The position numbers were made by a program, and so were the translations under genes. DNA of 64,000 nucleotides from Octopus sinensis (taxonomy: Eukaryota): assembly GCF_006345805.1 (NCBI RefSeq), contig NC_043002.1, positions 78,740,001 through 78,804,000 of the forward strand. Direction: 5' to 3'. The notes beneath the pieces are model-generated. The model was not told the origin of the DNA. It saw nothing but the letters and a program-made list of their open reading frames with translations, and ran no database searches. Positions 25,791 through 39,180 of this stretch are shown here, piece by piece (the stretch's first letter is position 1; each line of letters opens with the position of its first letter).

Positions 25791-26851
25791 TATATATATA
25801 TATATTTAGCATTTCACAGTGAAAAGATGTCACATTGTATGGCAGACAAATAATAAATAAAAAAATCAAAAAAATGTGAAAGGAGCTAAAAAATATTCTG
25901 TGAGTGAATTTGGTAGATGGGAAAGTATGGAAAACAGTCAAAATAAATAAATAGACAATATCCTTTCAATTTTATAATATTCTCTAACCAAAACACTGAA
26001 GCACAAAATACACACCAATACACATATAAAAAAATATAGAAAGTAATAATACACAATTACAACATATAAATAAATAATAAATCAAAAAAATGTGAAAACC
26101 ACTAAAAATATTTTCTAATGCCAACATATGACCGTATAGTATAAAAGTATGGAAGACCCTACAAACAGAAAACTATGTACAAACAACAAATTAAAGAAAA
26201 AACTATGTAAACCACCATTTTTCCTGGTTTGTCCATTTACATGGGAGCTTGGGGGAAAAGGTTATAGTGCATAGCCATTCTTGGGACATAAGTAATGTGT
26301 GTGTAATGTGTGGTGAAAATCAGTTGAGAATTGTGGAAATGTATACATTAGTCAATATACATACTATGATTTATATATACTAGATGTGTGTGTGTTTTTG
26401 AGTCTGTGTATGTTTTTGAGTCTGTGTGTGTGTCTTTCTGTCTGTGTTTGTTCCCCACCACTGCTTGACAACAGGTGTTGGTGTGTTTGCATCCCTGTAA
26501 CTTAGCAGTCTGACAAAAGAGGCCAATAAAATAAGTACCATGCTTGAAAAATAAAATGAGTACAGGGGTTTATTCACTAGACTAAGAATTCTTCAAGGCA
26601 AGTACCCCAGCATGGCTGCAGTCTAATGACTGAAACAAGTAAAAGATAAAAGATAAATTCTGAATTTGTTATTTTAGCAGCTCCAATGGTTTGAGATGGT
26701 GATTTGGTCTAGCAGACATAAGTTTGCATGATCGCCACTCGGCCAGCTTCTCTCACAGTAGTTCTTGGTCATAAAGAAGTCCAGTAAGATTGAACTAGAT
26801 TTGTGCCAATGAAAGCTGTATTGCTATTAGTAATAGAGTACATATAGGCAT

Positions 26852-27262
26852 TACTCTTTTACTCTTTTACTTGTTTCAGTCATTTGACTCAGGCCATGCT
26901 GGAGCACCACCTTTAGTCGAGCAAATCAACCCCAGGACTTATTCTTTGTAAGCCTAGTACTTATTCTATCAGTCTCTTTTGTCGAACCGCTAAGTTACGG
27001 GGACGTAAACACACCAGCATCGGTTGTCAAGCGATATTGGGAGGACAAACACAGATACGCAAACACACACACATATATATATATATATATACATATACAT
27101 GACGGGCTTCTTTCGGTTTCCATCTACCAAATCCACTCACAAGGCTTTGGTCAGCCTGAGGCTATAATAGAAGACACTTGCCCAAGGTGCAATGCAGTGG
27201 GACTGAACCTAGAACCATGTGGTTGGTAAGCAAGCTACTTACCACACAGCCACTCCTGCGGG
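26852..27262 (-). mobile_element. SINE family A, full length
   Basis: Colinear with the other copies. Confidence 0.85.
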
Positions 27263-27480
27263 TATTCTTTTATCTTAATCTTCATTTGTTTGGGAAATTT
27301 ACTATTCAGAAACTGGAATACATCCTATCACTTGCATGATTTGGAAGCACCAGCTCAGAGTGTTTGGCCATATTGCTTGATTTTCTGAGTTAGACTTTGT
27401 TTACTGTATTTTCTTCACTAAGGAACCGGCTGGGTTGATGGCTCATGTTAGTCGACCACATACCACACAGCCACGGCAGA

Positions 27481-27810
27481 TACTCTCTTTTTCTTTTACT
27501 CTCTTACTTGTTTCAGTCATTTGACTGCAGCCATGCTGGAGCACTGCCTTTAGTCAAGCAAATCGACCCCAGGACTTATTGTTTGGCAGCCTAGTACTTA
27601 TTCTCTCGGTCTCTTTTGCCGAACCACTAAGTTACAGGGAAGTAAACACACCACCATCGGTTGTCAAGCGATGTTGGGGGGACAAACACAGACACACAAG
27701 CATATACACACACATACATATATATATATATACATATATACGATGGGCTTCTTTCAGTTTCCGTCTACCAAATCCACTCACAAGGCTTTGGTCGGCCTTA
27801 GGCTGTAGAG
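27481..27810 (-). mobile_element. SINE family A lacking its head
   Basis: Colinear up to ~27810; LINE-like fragments flank it at ~27345-27470 and ~27810-28050. Confidence 0.75.
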
Positions 27811-28098
27811 GAAGAATCTTGAAACGATGGGGACTGATTGGGACTCTGCACAAAGGGTCATCTGGCAGAACCTTGGAATATACTGACAAATGGTAAATTT
27901 AGCAATGCATTACAACGGTGCATGCCTCAACATCTGACCTGGCCCAACCTATATCTCTCTGGTCTCAAGTTTGCCTGATTAGTGAAGTTCAACCTCTGTT
28001 ATGTCTATCAGTAAGAGTATATAAAGATTTCATAACCAGACACTGACCAACGACTTGTGAGTGAATTTGGTAGATGGGAAATGAAAAAAGACTGTCAC

Positions 28099-28156
<58 letters not shown>

Positions 28157-28222
28157 ATATATATATCTATATAATATATTTATATTTATATATATTAATA
28201 TATAATATATATATATATATAC

Positions 28223-28280
<58 letters not shown>

Positions 28281-28284
28281 TATA

Positions 28285-30305
28285 TAATCCTTGTGTGTTG
28301 TGTGTTTCTCTATCATGGCCAAACCACTGCGAAGAATCTGTACTAAATTTGGCATGAAGGATTTTCATTACTATGGGAAGGTTCTGGGGGTAGGTAAATT
28401 TTGGCCCTTGCCCATATAGGGGGCTGTAGCTCCCCCTATACGATCCTTCCAATTTTTTTTCAGCGTTATAATACCAAATTTGGCATGAAGGATTTTCATT
28501 ACTCAGGGAAGGTTGAAGAGGAGGTCAAATTTTGGTCCTTACCCATATAGGGAGCTGTAGCCCACCCCATACAACTCTTCTGATTTTTTGCAGTGCTATA
28601 ATTGTTTCACTTTTCATAACACTACAGTTTCACTTTTATTGTTACATTTTTATTCTTACTGTCTGTCTATGTGCATATATGTGTTTCCTTTACGCATGGC
28701 CAAACCACTGGATCAATCTGTATCAAATTTGGCTTTCTAGAAATTATGTCAGTTTTGTTTTTTTTGCTTTAAAGGTAAACGATTCTGAAACACTTTAATT
28801 GTGATAATGAAATGAGAGGTTTAAGGAAAAAGAAACAGTAAGATTTCTAAATAACGAATGGTGTTCATACAGACACACACTTATACACTGTAGGATATCT
28901 TTCAATTTATATGAAAAACTTGATAAATTTTAAAGTTCAATACTCCTGGGACATAAGTTAAAAATATTGACATGAGTTATTCAAATAATTGTTCATAGAC
29001 CCCTATACGACCTGTCTGATTTTTTTTTTTTTGCAGCAGTATGATAGCTTCACTTTTTATAACACTATAGTTTCACTTTTATTCTTACTGTGTGTGTGTG
29101 GTGTGTGTGTGTTGTGTGTGCGTGTGTGTGTGTTTCCTCTATGCATAGCCAAACCACTGGATCAATCTGTTCCAAATTTGGCTGTCTGGAAATTACATGG
29201 CTTTTGTTTTTTTTGCTTTAAAGGTAAACATGAGGTTTAAAGAAAAAGTAACTTTAAGGTTTCTAAATACCGAAAGGTGTTCATACAGACACATGCTTAT
29301 ACACTGTAAGATATCTTTCAATTTATATGATAAACTTTATAAATCTTAAAGTTCAATATTCTCGTGACATAAATTAGAGATATCAACACGAGTTATTCAA
29401 ATAACTGTTCATGGAATGGACCCAATAAAATTAGCTAGAATACACTTGATATTTCATATTTAAATCTGATGTGACTATTTCTACTTGGATATTGGTACCA
29501 CCTCAGAATCGAAATTGAATCTACTTTTTCTTCCTAGCCATACAGCCTGTTGTTCAGAACGGTCAAACTACTAGATCAATCTGTACCAAATTTGGCATGA
29601 AGGTTTTTCATTACTTGGGGAAGGGTCTTAGGAAGGGGGGGGGGGCACAAAATTTTAAACCTTTTTCCAAAAGCAGAAATATGTTTTATATACCTGTCGT
29701 ATATGTTGGTTTTGTTTTTTCTCTTTAAAGGTAAATGATTCTGATAGAATCAAATACGATATTGAATAATTTGCTGTCATACGTCTACGACCCTTCCTCT
29801 TTTTTTTAAAGTAAAGATGAACACTTTTTAATTGTGATAATGAAACAAGAGGTTTAGTCCTTACCCCTAAAATTCATTCCCTTGAGAAATATCAGGGTAA
29901 TGATGTCTTCATTCTATGGAACCCATTAATGCCATCTGACCTCGCCTATGAATTGAAACGGCTCCAAAGTTTTGCTATGTCCATAAACAAATCTCAAGCA
30001 TAAACTCTCAATGTTGTTAGACTTAACCTTGCTTCTCCTTGCTTCTCTCATGGGCAATTATATGCAGGATGTTCGTGAATTGGAAGTTCCAAAACTCTTT
30101 TTCTTTGTACACCAATTAAAGGATACACTGAAAATATAGTATATTTAGAATTTCTACAAAATTAAACTGTGATTGATTTCAGGATTTGTTTATATTCATG
30201 TCATCTGATAGAATTATTCTGCAACTATCTTTTTTATCAGAATAAATATATTTATTTTCTTTAACATTCTTTAAACTTCCAAGCAACGCCAGGCACTTAG
30301 ACTAG
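28285..30305 (+). mobile_element. Non-autonomous Helitron-like element with internal tandem duplications
   Basis: Degenerate 3' hairpin CCAAGCAACGCCAGG (30279-30293), then CTAG (30302-30305) and T. Internal ~120-bp and ~400-bp direct repeats. The 5' end is uncertain. Confidence 0.6.
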
Positions 30306-30342
30306 TACTATATATATATATATAGATATATATATAGATATA

Positions 30343-30512
30343 TAAAGTATAGAAGCCATCTTATCATGGCTAACCACATTGGGGAGGGGGTGTTACTGTA
30401 GCTTTATAGCCCCAAGAGATCTTCGTCTCTAGTTCTCTCTTGGGGCTATAAAGCTACAGTAACACCCCCTCCCCAATGGGGTTAGCCATGATAAGATGGC
30501 TTCTATACTTTA
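30343..30512. repeat. Near-perfect inverted repeat: 77-bp arms, 16-nt loop
   Basis: 30343-30419 is the reverse complement of 30436-30512, with one mismatch (30376/30479). Confidence 0.95.
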
Positions 30513-31849
30513 CATTATCGAGCGATTACTGTTTCAATCTCATTCTGAGATTTAATTATGCTATTATAGTATATATATATATATCACCGTGACTGACCAG
30601 GCTATCATATGTTGCTGGTCACAATGCACTTTGCATTGTTTTAGCCTTCAAATGATGCCACCCCGCTGGCTAAGCGAGCAGGCCAATACACATACACACA
30701 CACACACACATATATACATATGAGTGTGTGTTTGTGCATGGACTTGTCCTGACATCATGTGATGTTTATAAAGGAACATCACCATCACATGAGTGATGCT
30801 GTTCATTTCTAGTCTTCTATGAAAATCATGCAGAGCTATGAGAAGAATTACCTCGATTGGAAGCAAGTGATGGTTAGTGACAGGATGAGCATCCAGCCAT
30901 AGAAAATCTGCCTCAACAAATTCTGTCTGACCCATGCAAGCATAAAAAAGTGAACATTAACCCTTTAGTGTTTAGATTACACTTCCAAATGTAATGCTTA
31001 TTTATTCACAGGATAATTTGGATAATGTTGTCTTAGAAGAGGAAAACAAGAAAGATAGGATGACTATAGCTGGAATATCTTTGATTGTAGGTCTGCTTGA
31101 TCAAGGTTGATCTTAGACTAAATTACAATGCTAAAGTTAGCTGAACTTACCCCGTACCTTAAACCTTTTGATACCTGCCCACTGGCAGTGAACTCCAGTT
31201 CTATAATTCAAACATCTTGTTTTAAAGCAATCTAAATGAAAACCTTGTCCCAAAATTTCCTGTTAATTTTATGTTCCAAACATCAGCTTAATAATGGTAA
31301 AGTTACTTTATCAAATTCTTTATCATTATCAACATTAATTGAAGCACAGGCAATGTATTTCAACAGAAATATGGTAATAAAATGGTTAATCATAACCACA
31401 ATACAGTACCAATGACAAGATATGGACTATAAACTCTTCAATTAATTGCCTGGCATTCTATAAACCCAGCTATTGCTAATCCTCATTTGACGATATTGAA
31501 AAGGATTGATGTTAAAAAAAAGAATAAAAGAAAAAAGAAAACAAAGAAAAATCAATCAAACAAACAAACAAACAAAAGACACCAGAGTCCAAAAAAGCAG
31601 CAAGATGTTCAATTCAGTTATTTTAAAAATTTGATTGTAAAGTACACAGAGCTATTTTTCTTGAATTCCATTTAAAATTTATGGAATTCACAAGAGACAG
31701 TTTGGTTAACTTAGATCTTAGAAAGTTGGTTTTTACAGCTGAACTGAAATTGTGAAGATTACAAACAGATAAAGGTTAGAAAGAGGATCTTAAAAAAAAG
31801 CCAGCCCTGTGCCAAACCATGGTAAAATGGAAATACAAGGCATATAAAG

Positions 31850-32243
31850 ACTGAGGTGGTGATGTTGATGATGAGTTGGAGGAGAAGGAGGAAGAGGAGT
31901 GCAGCGGTGGTGGGTGGTGGTGGTGGATGATGATGATGGTGATGATGATGATGATGATGATGATGACGATGAAATGATGAGAATGGTGATGAGTAGGAAC
32001 ATGGTAATAGTGTTAGTGAGTGGTTGCAGTGATGGAGTTGGTGGGGATGATGGTGATTGTGGTATTGGTATTAGTTAAGATTATGGAAATGGTGATGATG
32101 ATGACTATGCTGATCATGATGGTGATGATGCTGATGACGATGATGTTGTTGGGAGAGTTGGATTGAAAATGAAGACGACACCAACAACAATGACGACGAA
32201 AACGACAATGATGAAGACAATGATGACAACGAAGATGATAACA

Positions 32244-32291
<48 letters not shown>

Positions 32292-32337
32292 GATGATGGT
32301 GATGATGCTGGTGATGATGATGATGATGGTGAAGATG

Positions 32338-32369
<32 letters not shown>

Positions 32370-32500
32370 GATGATGTTATGCTGATCATGTTAGTAGGAG
32401 TGCTAGTAGGAGTACTAGATGATGATAATGGTTGTGATGATGATGATGATAATGATGATGACGACAACGATGATGACGATGACGGTGGTTACAAGAAACC
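31850..32500. repeat. (GAT)n/(GGT)n low-complexity tract
   Basis: Read directly from the sequence. Confidence 0.9.
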
Positions 32501-32877
32501 TGAGTGAAATAGTCATGCTGTGTGTTTGATTTTTGTGTCTGAATACGTAGGGAAAGGATAAAATGATATCAAATCTCTCAAATTACTTAATGAGAAATTA
32601 ATTGCAAAAACATACCCAGAACTGTATTCAAACCAAAACTCCTTAAAACATCATCACCCTGGCCTACTTAGACACATACCCACCTGAACACACACAAATG
32701 CACACACATGTAAACACCATGCTCATAAAAAACACACAAGCACATGTAGACCTGCGTACATATACTGATATACCAGATTTTAAAAAAATAAACACAGTTT
32801 GTAAGTTACATGGTACTCTCATAGCTTTTAAATATCGCACCCCTGTGTAATTCTGGTAACCTCCCATTTACACATAG

Positions 32878-32912
<35 letters not shown>

Positions 32913-33269
32913 TGCACATGTGCTCACACACACACACACACACACATCTACACTCGTGTTAATATGTGTAAATATATGTATATATGTATATATGAATATA
33001 TGTATTAATATATATCTATCTCTTTGTGCGTGCATGTGTGTGTGTGTGTGTGTGGTGAGTGTGATTTTGTTACAAGGATTCATAACAATCAAGGCACATC
33101 AACTTGTAAGACGCCAGAAATGGCTAATGAAACAGCTGTTGTAAATTTTCAACGCCATTTGTGTTTACCTTTTATGCGTGTTTGTGTATATATATATATG
33201 TGTATATGTGTATATATAATATGTATGTATATGTAATATATATTATATATAATATATATATGTGGTGTG

Positions 33270-33300
<31 letters not shown>

Positions 33301-33331
33301 TGTTTTCATGCATACACATATATATATACAC

Positions 33332-33369
<38 letters not shown>

Positions 33370-33388
33370 ATATATATATATATATATG

Positions 33389-33419
<31 letters not shown>

Positions 33420-33695
33420 CATACATATATACATATATACACACACATATATATAAACACACACACACATATTTACACACACACTCACACACACATATAT
33501 ACACACACACATATCATCACTATCATCATCAACATCCTTTAACATCCGTTTTCATGCTGGCATGAGTTGGACTATATATGTTTCAGTATATGCTACTGGA
33601 GCAGGAATTACTACAGCTGTTGGCACCAGACTTGCCCTTCAGGCAAACACACACGCACACACACACCACACAACACACACACACACACACACACA

Positions 33696-33726
<31 letters not shown>

Positions 33727-34139
33727 CAGGCATACCTCACCCTACGTTGTTAATTGGTTCCAGGAGACATGGCTTAAGTTGGATTTACTTGTTTCTAGGT
33801 TAAACTGATAATAACCATCATTCCCAGTTCTATACTTTATTTATGAATGCATTTTCAATAACACCTGGTTAATAAAAACCTATCTTAAGCTTACAAACAA
33901 ATAATTTTTATTTTTTAATACAGTACAGTAAAAAAAAAAGTAATCTAAATTTACGAATACAATTTGACGGTGCTTACCATACATCGTAGACACTTTATTT
34001 ATGAATGTGGTTTGCAATAAGACATGGTAAAATAAAAGCCTTTTTTAAGCTTAAAAAACAAATTCAGTAATCATTATTATTTTGCAATAGTAAAAAAAAA
34101 AAACTAAATTATTTAAAATTTACCAATATGTACATACAA

Positions 34140-35310
34140 TTTGGTGGTTTACATTGTAGATGTAGATGGCTGTGAATTGTTAACAGCAACAGCTGACTCT
34201 GGCTGGTCTTGTTGTTCGATTCTCTTAAAAAACCGGTTGAAAGTTCCTTGAACTGTCTTCTTTTCCTCAAAGATTACATTATAAGGAGCAAAAGCTTCAT
34301 GACAAGCTCCCATAATCTTGGGGAAGCATTGAGCGTTTGGATCTATATCCTTGAACATAGAAAGACCTTTTTCGATATATGCAAATGCTTGCTGCATTTT
34401 CTTAATGGTAAAGGGACATGGCTCAGGTTCGACTTCCTCATCTTCTTTATTTTGCTACTCATGAAGCTCTATCAAATCCTCGTTCGTCAGGGTCTACTTG
34501 TCTTTTTCAAATAAATCTGTGAAATCTTTCTCCTCCAAATCCATTTCCAGTTCTTTGCTTGTAGTAACCAACATTTTGTTGATGGCAACATTATCAAACC
34601 CCTTAAAATCATTCATGAATTGCAAGCATAGCTTCTCCCATATACTATTCATAGCCATACTCTGTACATCATTCCATGCCGCTGCTATGTTCTGAACAGC
34701 CTTGTAGATATCACACCTCTTCTAAAAGTCATGAAGTATGAGGGACTCATCAAGATCAGTTGCAGCTGTTGCTTGCCACAGCATAAGCTTCATATAGTAA
34801 CGCTTGAAGATAGCAATTATTCCTTGGTCCATTGGCTGCAGAAGAGACGTGGAGTTCAGAGGGAGGTATATGATGGTAATGTTGGGGTCAAAATCTATGA
34901 TGTTTTGCAGGCAGCCAGGGGCATTATCTGAAATAAATAAAACCTTAAAAGGAATCCCCATCTCTTTACAAGTACTTTTCTGCTGCTGGGATGAAATGAT
35001 TGAAGAACCAATCTTCAAAAACAACAACAGTAACCCATGCTTTTGAATTAGTCATCCATATAACAGGAAGCGATGCCTTGGGTATGTTCTTCAGGGCATG
35101 GGGGGTTGTGTGCATGACACACAAGCAATGGCTTTAACTTCAAATCTCCTGCACATAATGGCCACACGTTTTTTTGAGACCTTGTAGCTTGGAATAGTTT
35201 TCTCCTCCTTGCAAATGAATGAACAGTCTGGCAATTTTTTCCAATACAATCCAGTTTTGTCTACATTAAAAATCTGTTCGGGAAGAAACCTATTTTCTTC
35301 AATGATAATT
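34140..35310 (-). mobile_element. Tigger/pogo-type transposase remnant (DDE_1)
   Basis: EQIFNVDKTGLYWKK, VLFISDNAPG, LPLNSTSLLQPMDQGIIAIFKRYY; frameshifts and stops; no TIRs found. Confidence 0.85.
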
Positions 35311-35469
35311 ACTGGTATTTTTTATATATGTAAAGCATAATATGTTCTACATGTATGTATATTGTTATAATCGTTTTTTTTTTAATAAATAAATAGACAT
35401 AATATAATGTCTAAAAGTAGATGAATAACCACCTCTTGATCCTCTCCATTTTTTTATATATTTTTATAT

Positions 35470-35825
35470 ATATATACACGAGTAAAATCCCACCCCCTCG
35501 TCCAATGGATGGTGCTGAGTTGTCAAACATTTAAACCAAATTTTCTCAAAACAATTTGTCTGAAACACTGATTTAACATAAATTTGAGACACAGTGCATT
35601 TTTCTCACATCCGTGTAGTATCGATCACAACAGCTGAAATACTTGCACATACAAATGCACGTTCCCACGGCTTTATCGATCACATTCTCACCTGGAATCG
35701 ATTTTTGTAATTTTTTCAAGACTTATACATGCCCTGATACTGTCGGTATCTACATATCAAATTTGAACGTAATCGGATGGAGGATACCCGAGATCCTAGA
35801 AGGCACACACACAAACAGATAGAAT
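35470..35825 (-). mobile_element. 5' part of a non-autonomous Helitron-like repeat
   Basis: The minus strand starts TCTATTATATAAAATCC... and contains a TTCAAATTTG motif like that of the 28285 element. Confidence 0.4.
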
Positions 35826-35994
35826 GGATTTTATATAATAGATATAACCACTGCACATCTACAAGGGTTGTTTATTTTTCTTCTGCTTCAGGGGAGATAA
35901 CCTGTCCTCATTAATGTTCTTTTGTTAAGATGTATTTCTTGATTTCTGAGCGTTTCCTCATGTCTGCGACATAGAAATTAAAATTTTTGTCTTT

Positions 35995-36063
35995 ATATAG
36001 AGTCTGACGAGCTGTCCACAAGGCTTTGGCTTTGTCGATGTGAAACCTTGGGTAATTCTATGT
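35995..36063 (+). ncRNA. Near-canonical type I hammerhead ribozyme
   Basis: Stem I ATATAGAGT/ATTCTATGT (9 bp, 2 G.U); CTGACGA 36004-36010; stem II with inner ACAAGGC-TTTG-GCTTTGT; GAAA 36042-36045; stem III ACC-TTG-GGT; GTA triplet 36052-36054. Confidence 0.8.
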
Positions 36064-36257
36064 CCAAGATATAAAATTTTGTGGTAACAATTACTGCTCT
36101 ATTCTTTAGAGTGTGCTTCTTTCTAAAATATGTTTTTTTATTAATTATATATATGATTAAAAAAACAGAGAAAAGAACAGGGTAAAAAGAAAGCAAAGCA
36201 ACAAATGTGAGGGCAAGCAAAGTATTAATATGATACTCAGAGAAGAAAAAGAGTAGT

Positions 36258-36294
36258 TGTTTTACATTTCGAACATAGCTCTTCTTTAGAAACA
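36258..36294 (-). ncRNA. Degenerate minimal hammerhead-like motif
   Basis: Minus strand: TGTTT-CTAAAGA-A-GAGC-TAT-GTTC-GAAA-TGT-A-AAACA; same architecture as 16865-16902. Confidence 0.5.
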
Positions 36295-36951
36295 GGAAAA
36301 GCAGGTAAATTCAAAAGGAAAAGAAGAAAGGAGGAAAAAAATCATCAATAATCCACATGTGGTTGCACAGTCCATGTGCTGTTACATAATCCATGTGTGG
36401 TTACACAATCCACATGCAGTTCTATAATCCATGCATGTAAAAGCACCCATTACACTCCTGGAGTGGTTGGTGTTAGGAAGGGCATCCAGCTGTAGAAACC
36501 ATGCCAAATCAGACTGGAATTTGGTGCAGCTCTCTTGCTCATCGGCTCCAGTCAAACTATCTAACCTATGCCAGCATCGAGAGTGGATGTTAAATGGTGG
36601 TGATGATGATGATGCTAGCTGCCAGCATCATGTAAGAAATACCTGTGCCAGTGTCGTATAAAGAACATCCATGTCAGTGCCACATAAAAAAGCACCACGT
36701 AAAGAGCATCCATGCTGGCATCACATAGAAAGCTCTCAGTACACTGAGTAAAACGGTGGGCATTAGGAAGGTCATCCAACAATAGAAACTATGCCAGTAC
36801 AGATGCCTGGGGCATTGCAGATTACCAGCTCCTATCAAACTATCCAACCCATGCCAGCATGGAAAACAGAATTAAATGATGATGAGGAGGAGGAAGAGGA
36901 GATATATATATATATATATATATAATGTGTGTGTGTGTGTATATATATGTA

Positions 36952-37167
36952 TACTCTTTACTCTTTTACTTGTTTCAGTCCTTTGACTGTGGCCATGCTG
37001 GAGTACCGCCTTTAGTCGAGCAAATTGACCCCAGGACTTATTCTTCATAAGCCCAGTACTTATTCTATCGTTCTCTTTTGCCGAACGCTAAGTGACGGGG
37101 ACGTAAACACACCAGCATCGGTTTGTCAAGCAATGCTAGGGGGACAAACACAGACAAACAAACACAT

Positions 37168-37198
<31 letters not shown>

Positions 37199-37370
37199 CA
37201 ATATACGCAGGCTTCTTTCATTTCCGTCTATACCAAATCCACTCACAAGGCATTGGTCAGCCCGGGGCTATAGCCGAAGACACTTGCCCAAGATGCCACG
37301 CAGTGGGACTGAACCGGAAACCATGGGGTTGGTTAGCAAGCTACTTACCACACAGCCACTCCTGCGCTAT
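36952..37370 (-). mobile_element. SINE family A, full length
   Basis: Colinear with the other copies. Confidence 0.85.
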
Positions 37371-37417
37371 ATATATATATCTAGATATTATATATATATA
37401 TATATATATAATATGCT

Positions 37418-37965
37418 GTACGTGAGAAGACCAGGCAGGACAAGTGAGCCAGCCCACTTATGCATGCCTTTCCTCCTTGGACACAAGAACTGTTGAGGCA
37501 AGCGAAGTCGATATCGAACCTCATCCGATGACAGGCACCCATACCAACCCCCTCTGCTTGCGAAGACATGTTGGGGCAAGTGAAATCGAAATCAGAATCG
37601 AAATTGAACCAATCCTATGACTGGCATCCGGCAGATGCCAGGACCCCTGGCCTGGTGGTATGTAAAAAGCACTATCCGAATCGTGGCCGATGCCAGCGCC
37701 GCCTCGACTGGCTTCCGTGCCGGTGGCACGTAAAATACACCAATCCGACCGTGGCCGTTGCCAGCCTCGCCTGGCACCTGTGCGGGTGGCACATAAAAAG
37801 CACCCACTACACTCACGGAGTTAGGAAGGGCATCCAGCTGTAGAAACATTGCCAGATCAGACTGGAGCCTGGTGCAGCCTTCTGGCTTCCCAGATCCCCG
37901 GTCGAACCATCCAACCCATGCTAGCATGGAGAACGGACGTTAAACGATGATGATGATGATGATGA
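37418..37965 (+). mobile_element. Family B LINE 3' end, long copy
   Basis: Begins GTACGTGAGAAGACC (compare the ...YAMLEKT ORF end at ~44200) and ends in (GAT)n. Confidence 0.75.
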
Positions 37966-38282
37966 TAATATATCATCATCATCATCATCACACTATCATC
38001 CTTAAAATCATATATATTTGTTTTACATCATGTGTGTGTGTGTTTTATATCCATTTTTCCATGTTAGCATGGGGTGAATGAAAGCATGTTACTGAAGTAT
38101 TGTTTTGCTGCCAAATGACTCTTTTGTTATCAATCATCACCTATTTTTCAAGTAAGGAATTTTTGTTATTCCACTTGTCTTCAAAAATGTAGAACTTGAG
38201 GACAATTTTTGCTGACAGGGAATGCCAACAAACTTCTCCATTTTTTACACATTGCTTTCATGCAAAGACACAGAATGTAAAT

Positions 38283-38332
<50 letters not shown>

Positions 38333-38629
38333 ACACACACACATTTATAATATATATGTGTGTGCATGTGTATGTGTATATATATTTATGTTTGTGTATA
38401 CATGCATATATATATATATGTGTATATATATAATATATATATGTATGTATGTATGTTATTCAGTTTTATTTCAAGATTTTTGCCAATAGAGAGAGTTGGT
38501 TTCTAACCTAGATCTGAGGCTCCTTCATTGGAATTTCAACATCAACAACAGGGCATTTCTGTTTGTATGTATGTATGTATATGTGCAGATTTGTATGTTT
38601 TGTTTTATGTATGTATTCTCATGTATAAC

Positions 38630-39100
38630 TGCACAAGCACCAGTTACGTTGGACTGGACACCTTATTAGAATGAAGGATAGCAAGATCTCTTAGCAGATG
38701 TTATATGGAGAACTTGTGAATGGAAAGAGACCCCAGCAGAAACGAAGGCTGCGATTTAAGGACTGTGCCAAGGCCTCATTAAATGATTAAAGGCCTGTGA
38801 TATGGGGAAACAATGCCTGTCATCATCACAGATGGAGGAAGCAGGTTAAGGAGGGGGTCGACACTTTTGAGTGAGCACGTATTCAGCATGAAGAACTTAA
38901 GCGTGCTGTGCGAAAGCACACAGATGGTGTAGTGAATGGGGAAAGCTTGGTCTGCAATGTTTGCAATCATTTATGCTTATCAAGAGCAGGGCTCAATAGC
39001 CACCAATGGAGCCACAAATGCAAAATATAAGTTAGTCCTAGAGTGCACAATATTCCTGAAGGTCAACAATGGTCTTCCTCGGTCATGAGTGGACGGCCAT
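38630..39100 (+). mobile_element. RTE LINE C-terminal fragment with 3' UTR
   Basis: HKHQLRWTGHLIRMKDSKIS*QMLYGELVNGKRP... and a C2H2-like CNVCNHLCLSRAGLNSHQWSH. Confidence 0.8.
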
Positions 39101-39108
39101 CATGTATG

Positions 39109-39166
<58 letters not shown>

Positions 39167-39180
39167 TATGTATATATATT

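Noticed and set aside
28300-29415. CRISPR-like or other repeat-spacer array
   Set aside because: Units are long, diverged tandem duplications without unique spacers, in a eukaryotic context.
32114-32507. Poly-D/M and poly-S/I ORFs
   Set aside because: Trinucleotide low-complexity sequence without splice or homology support.
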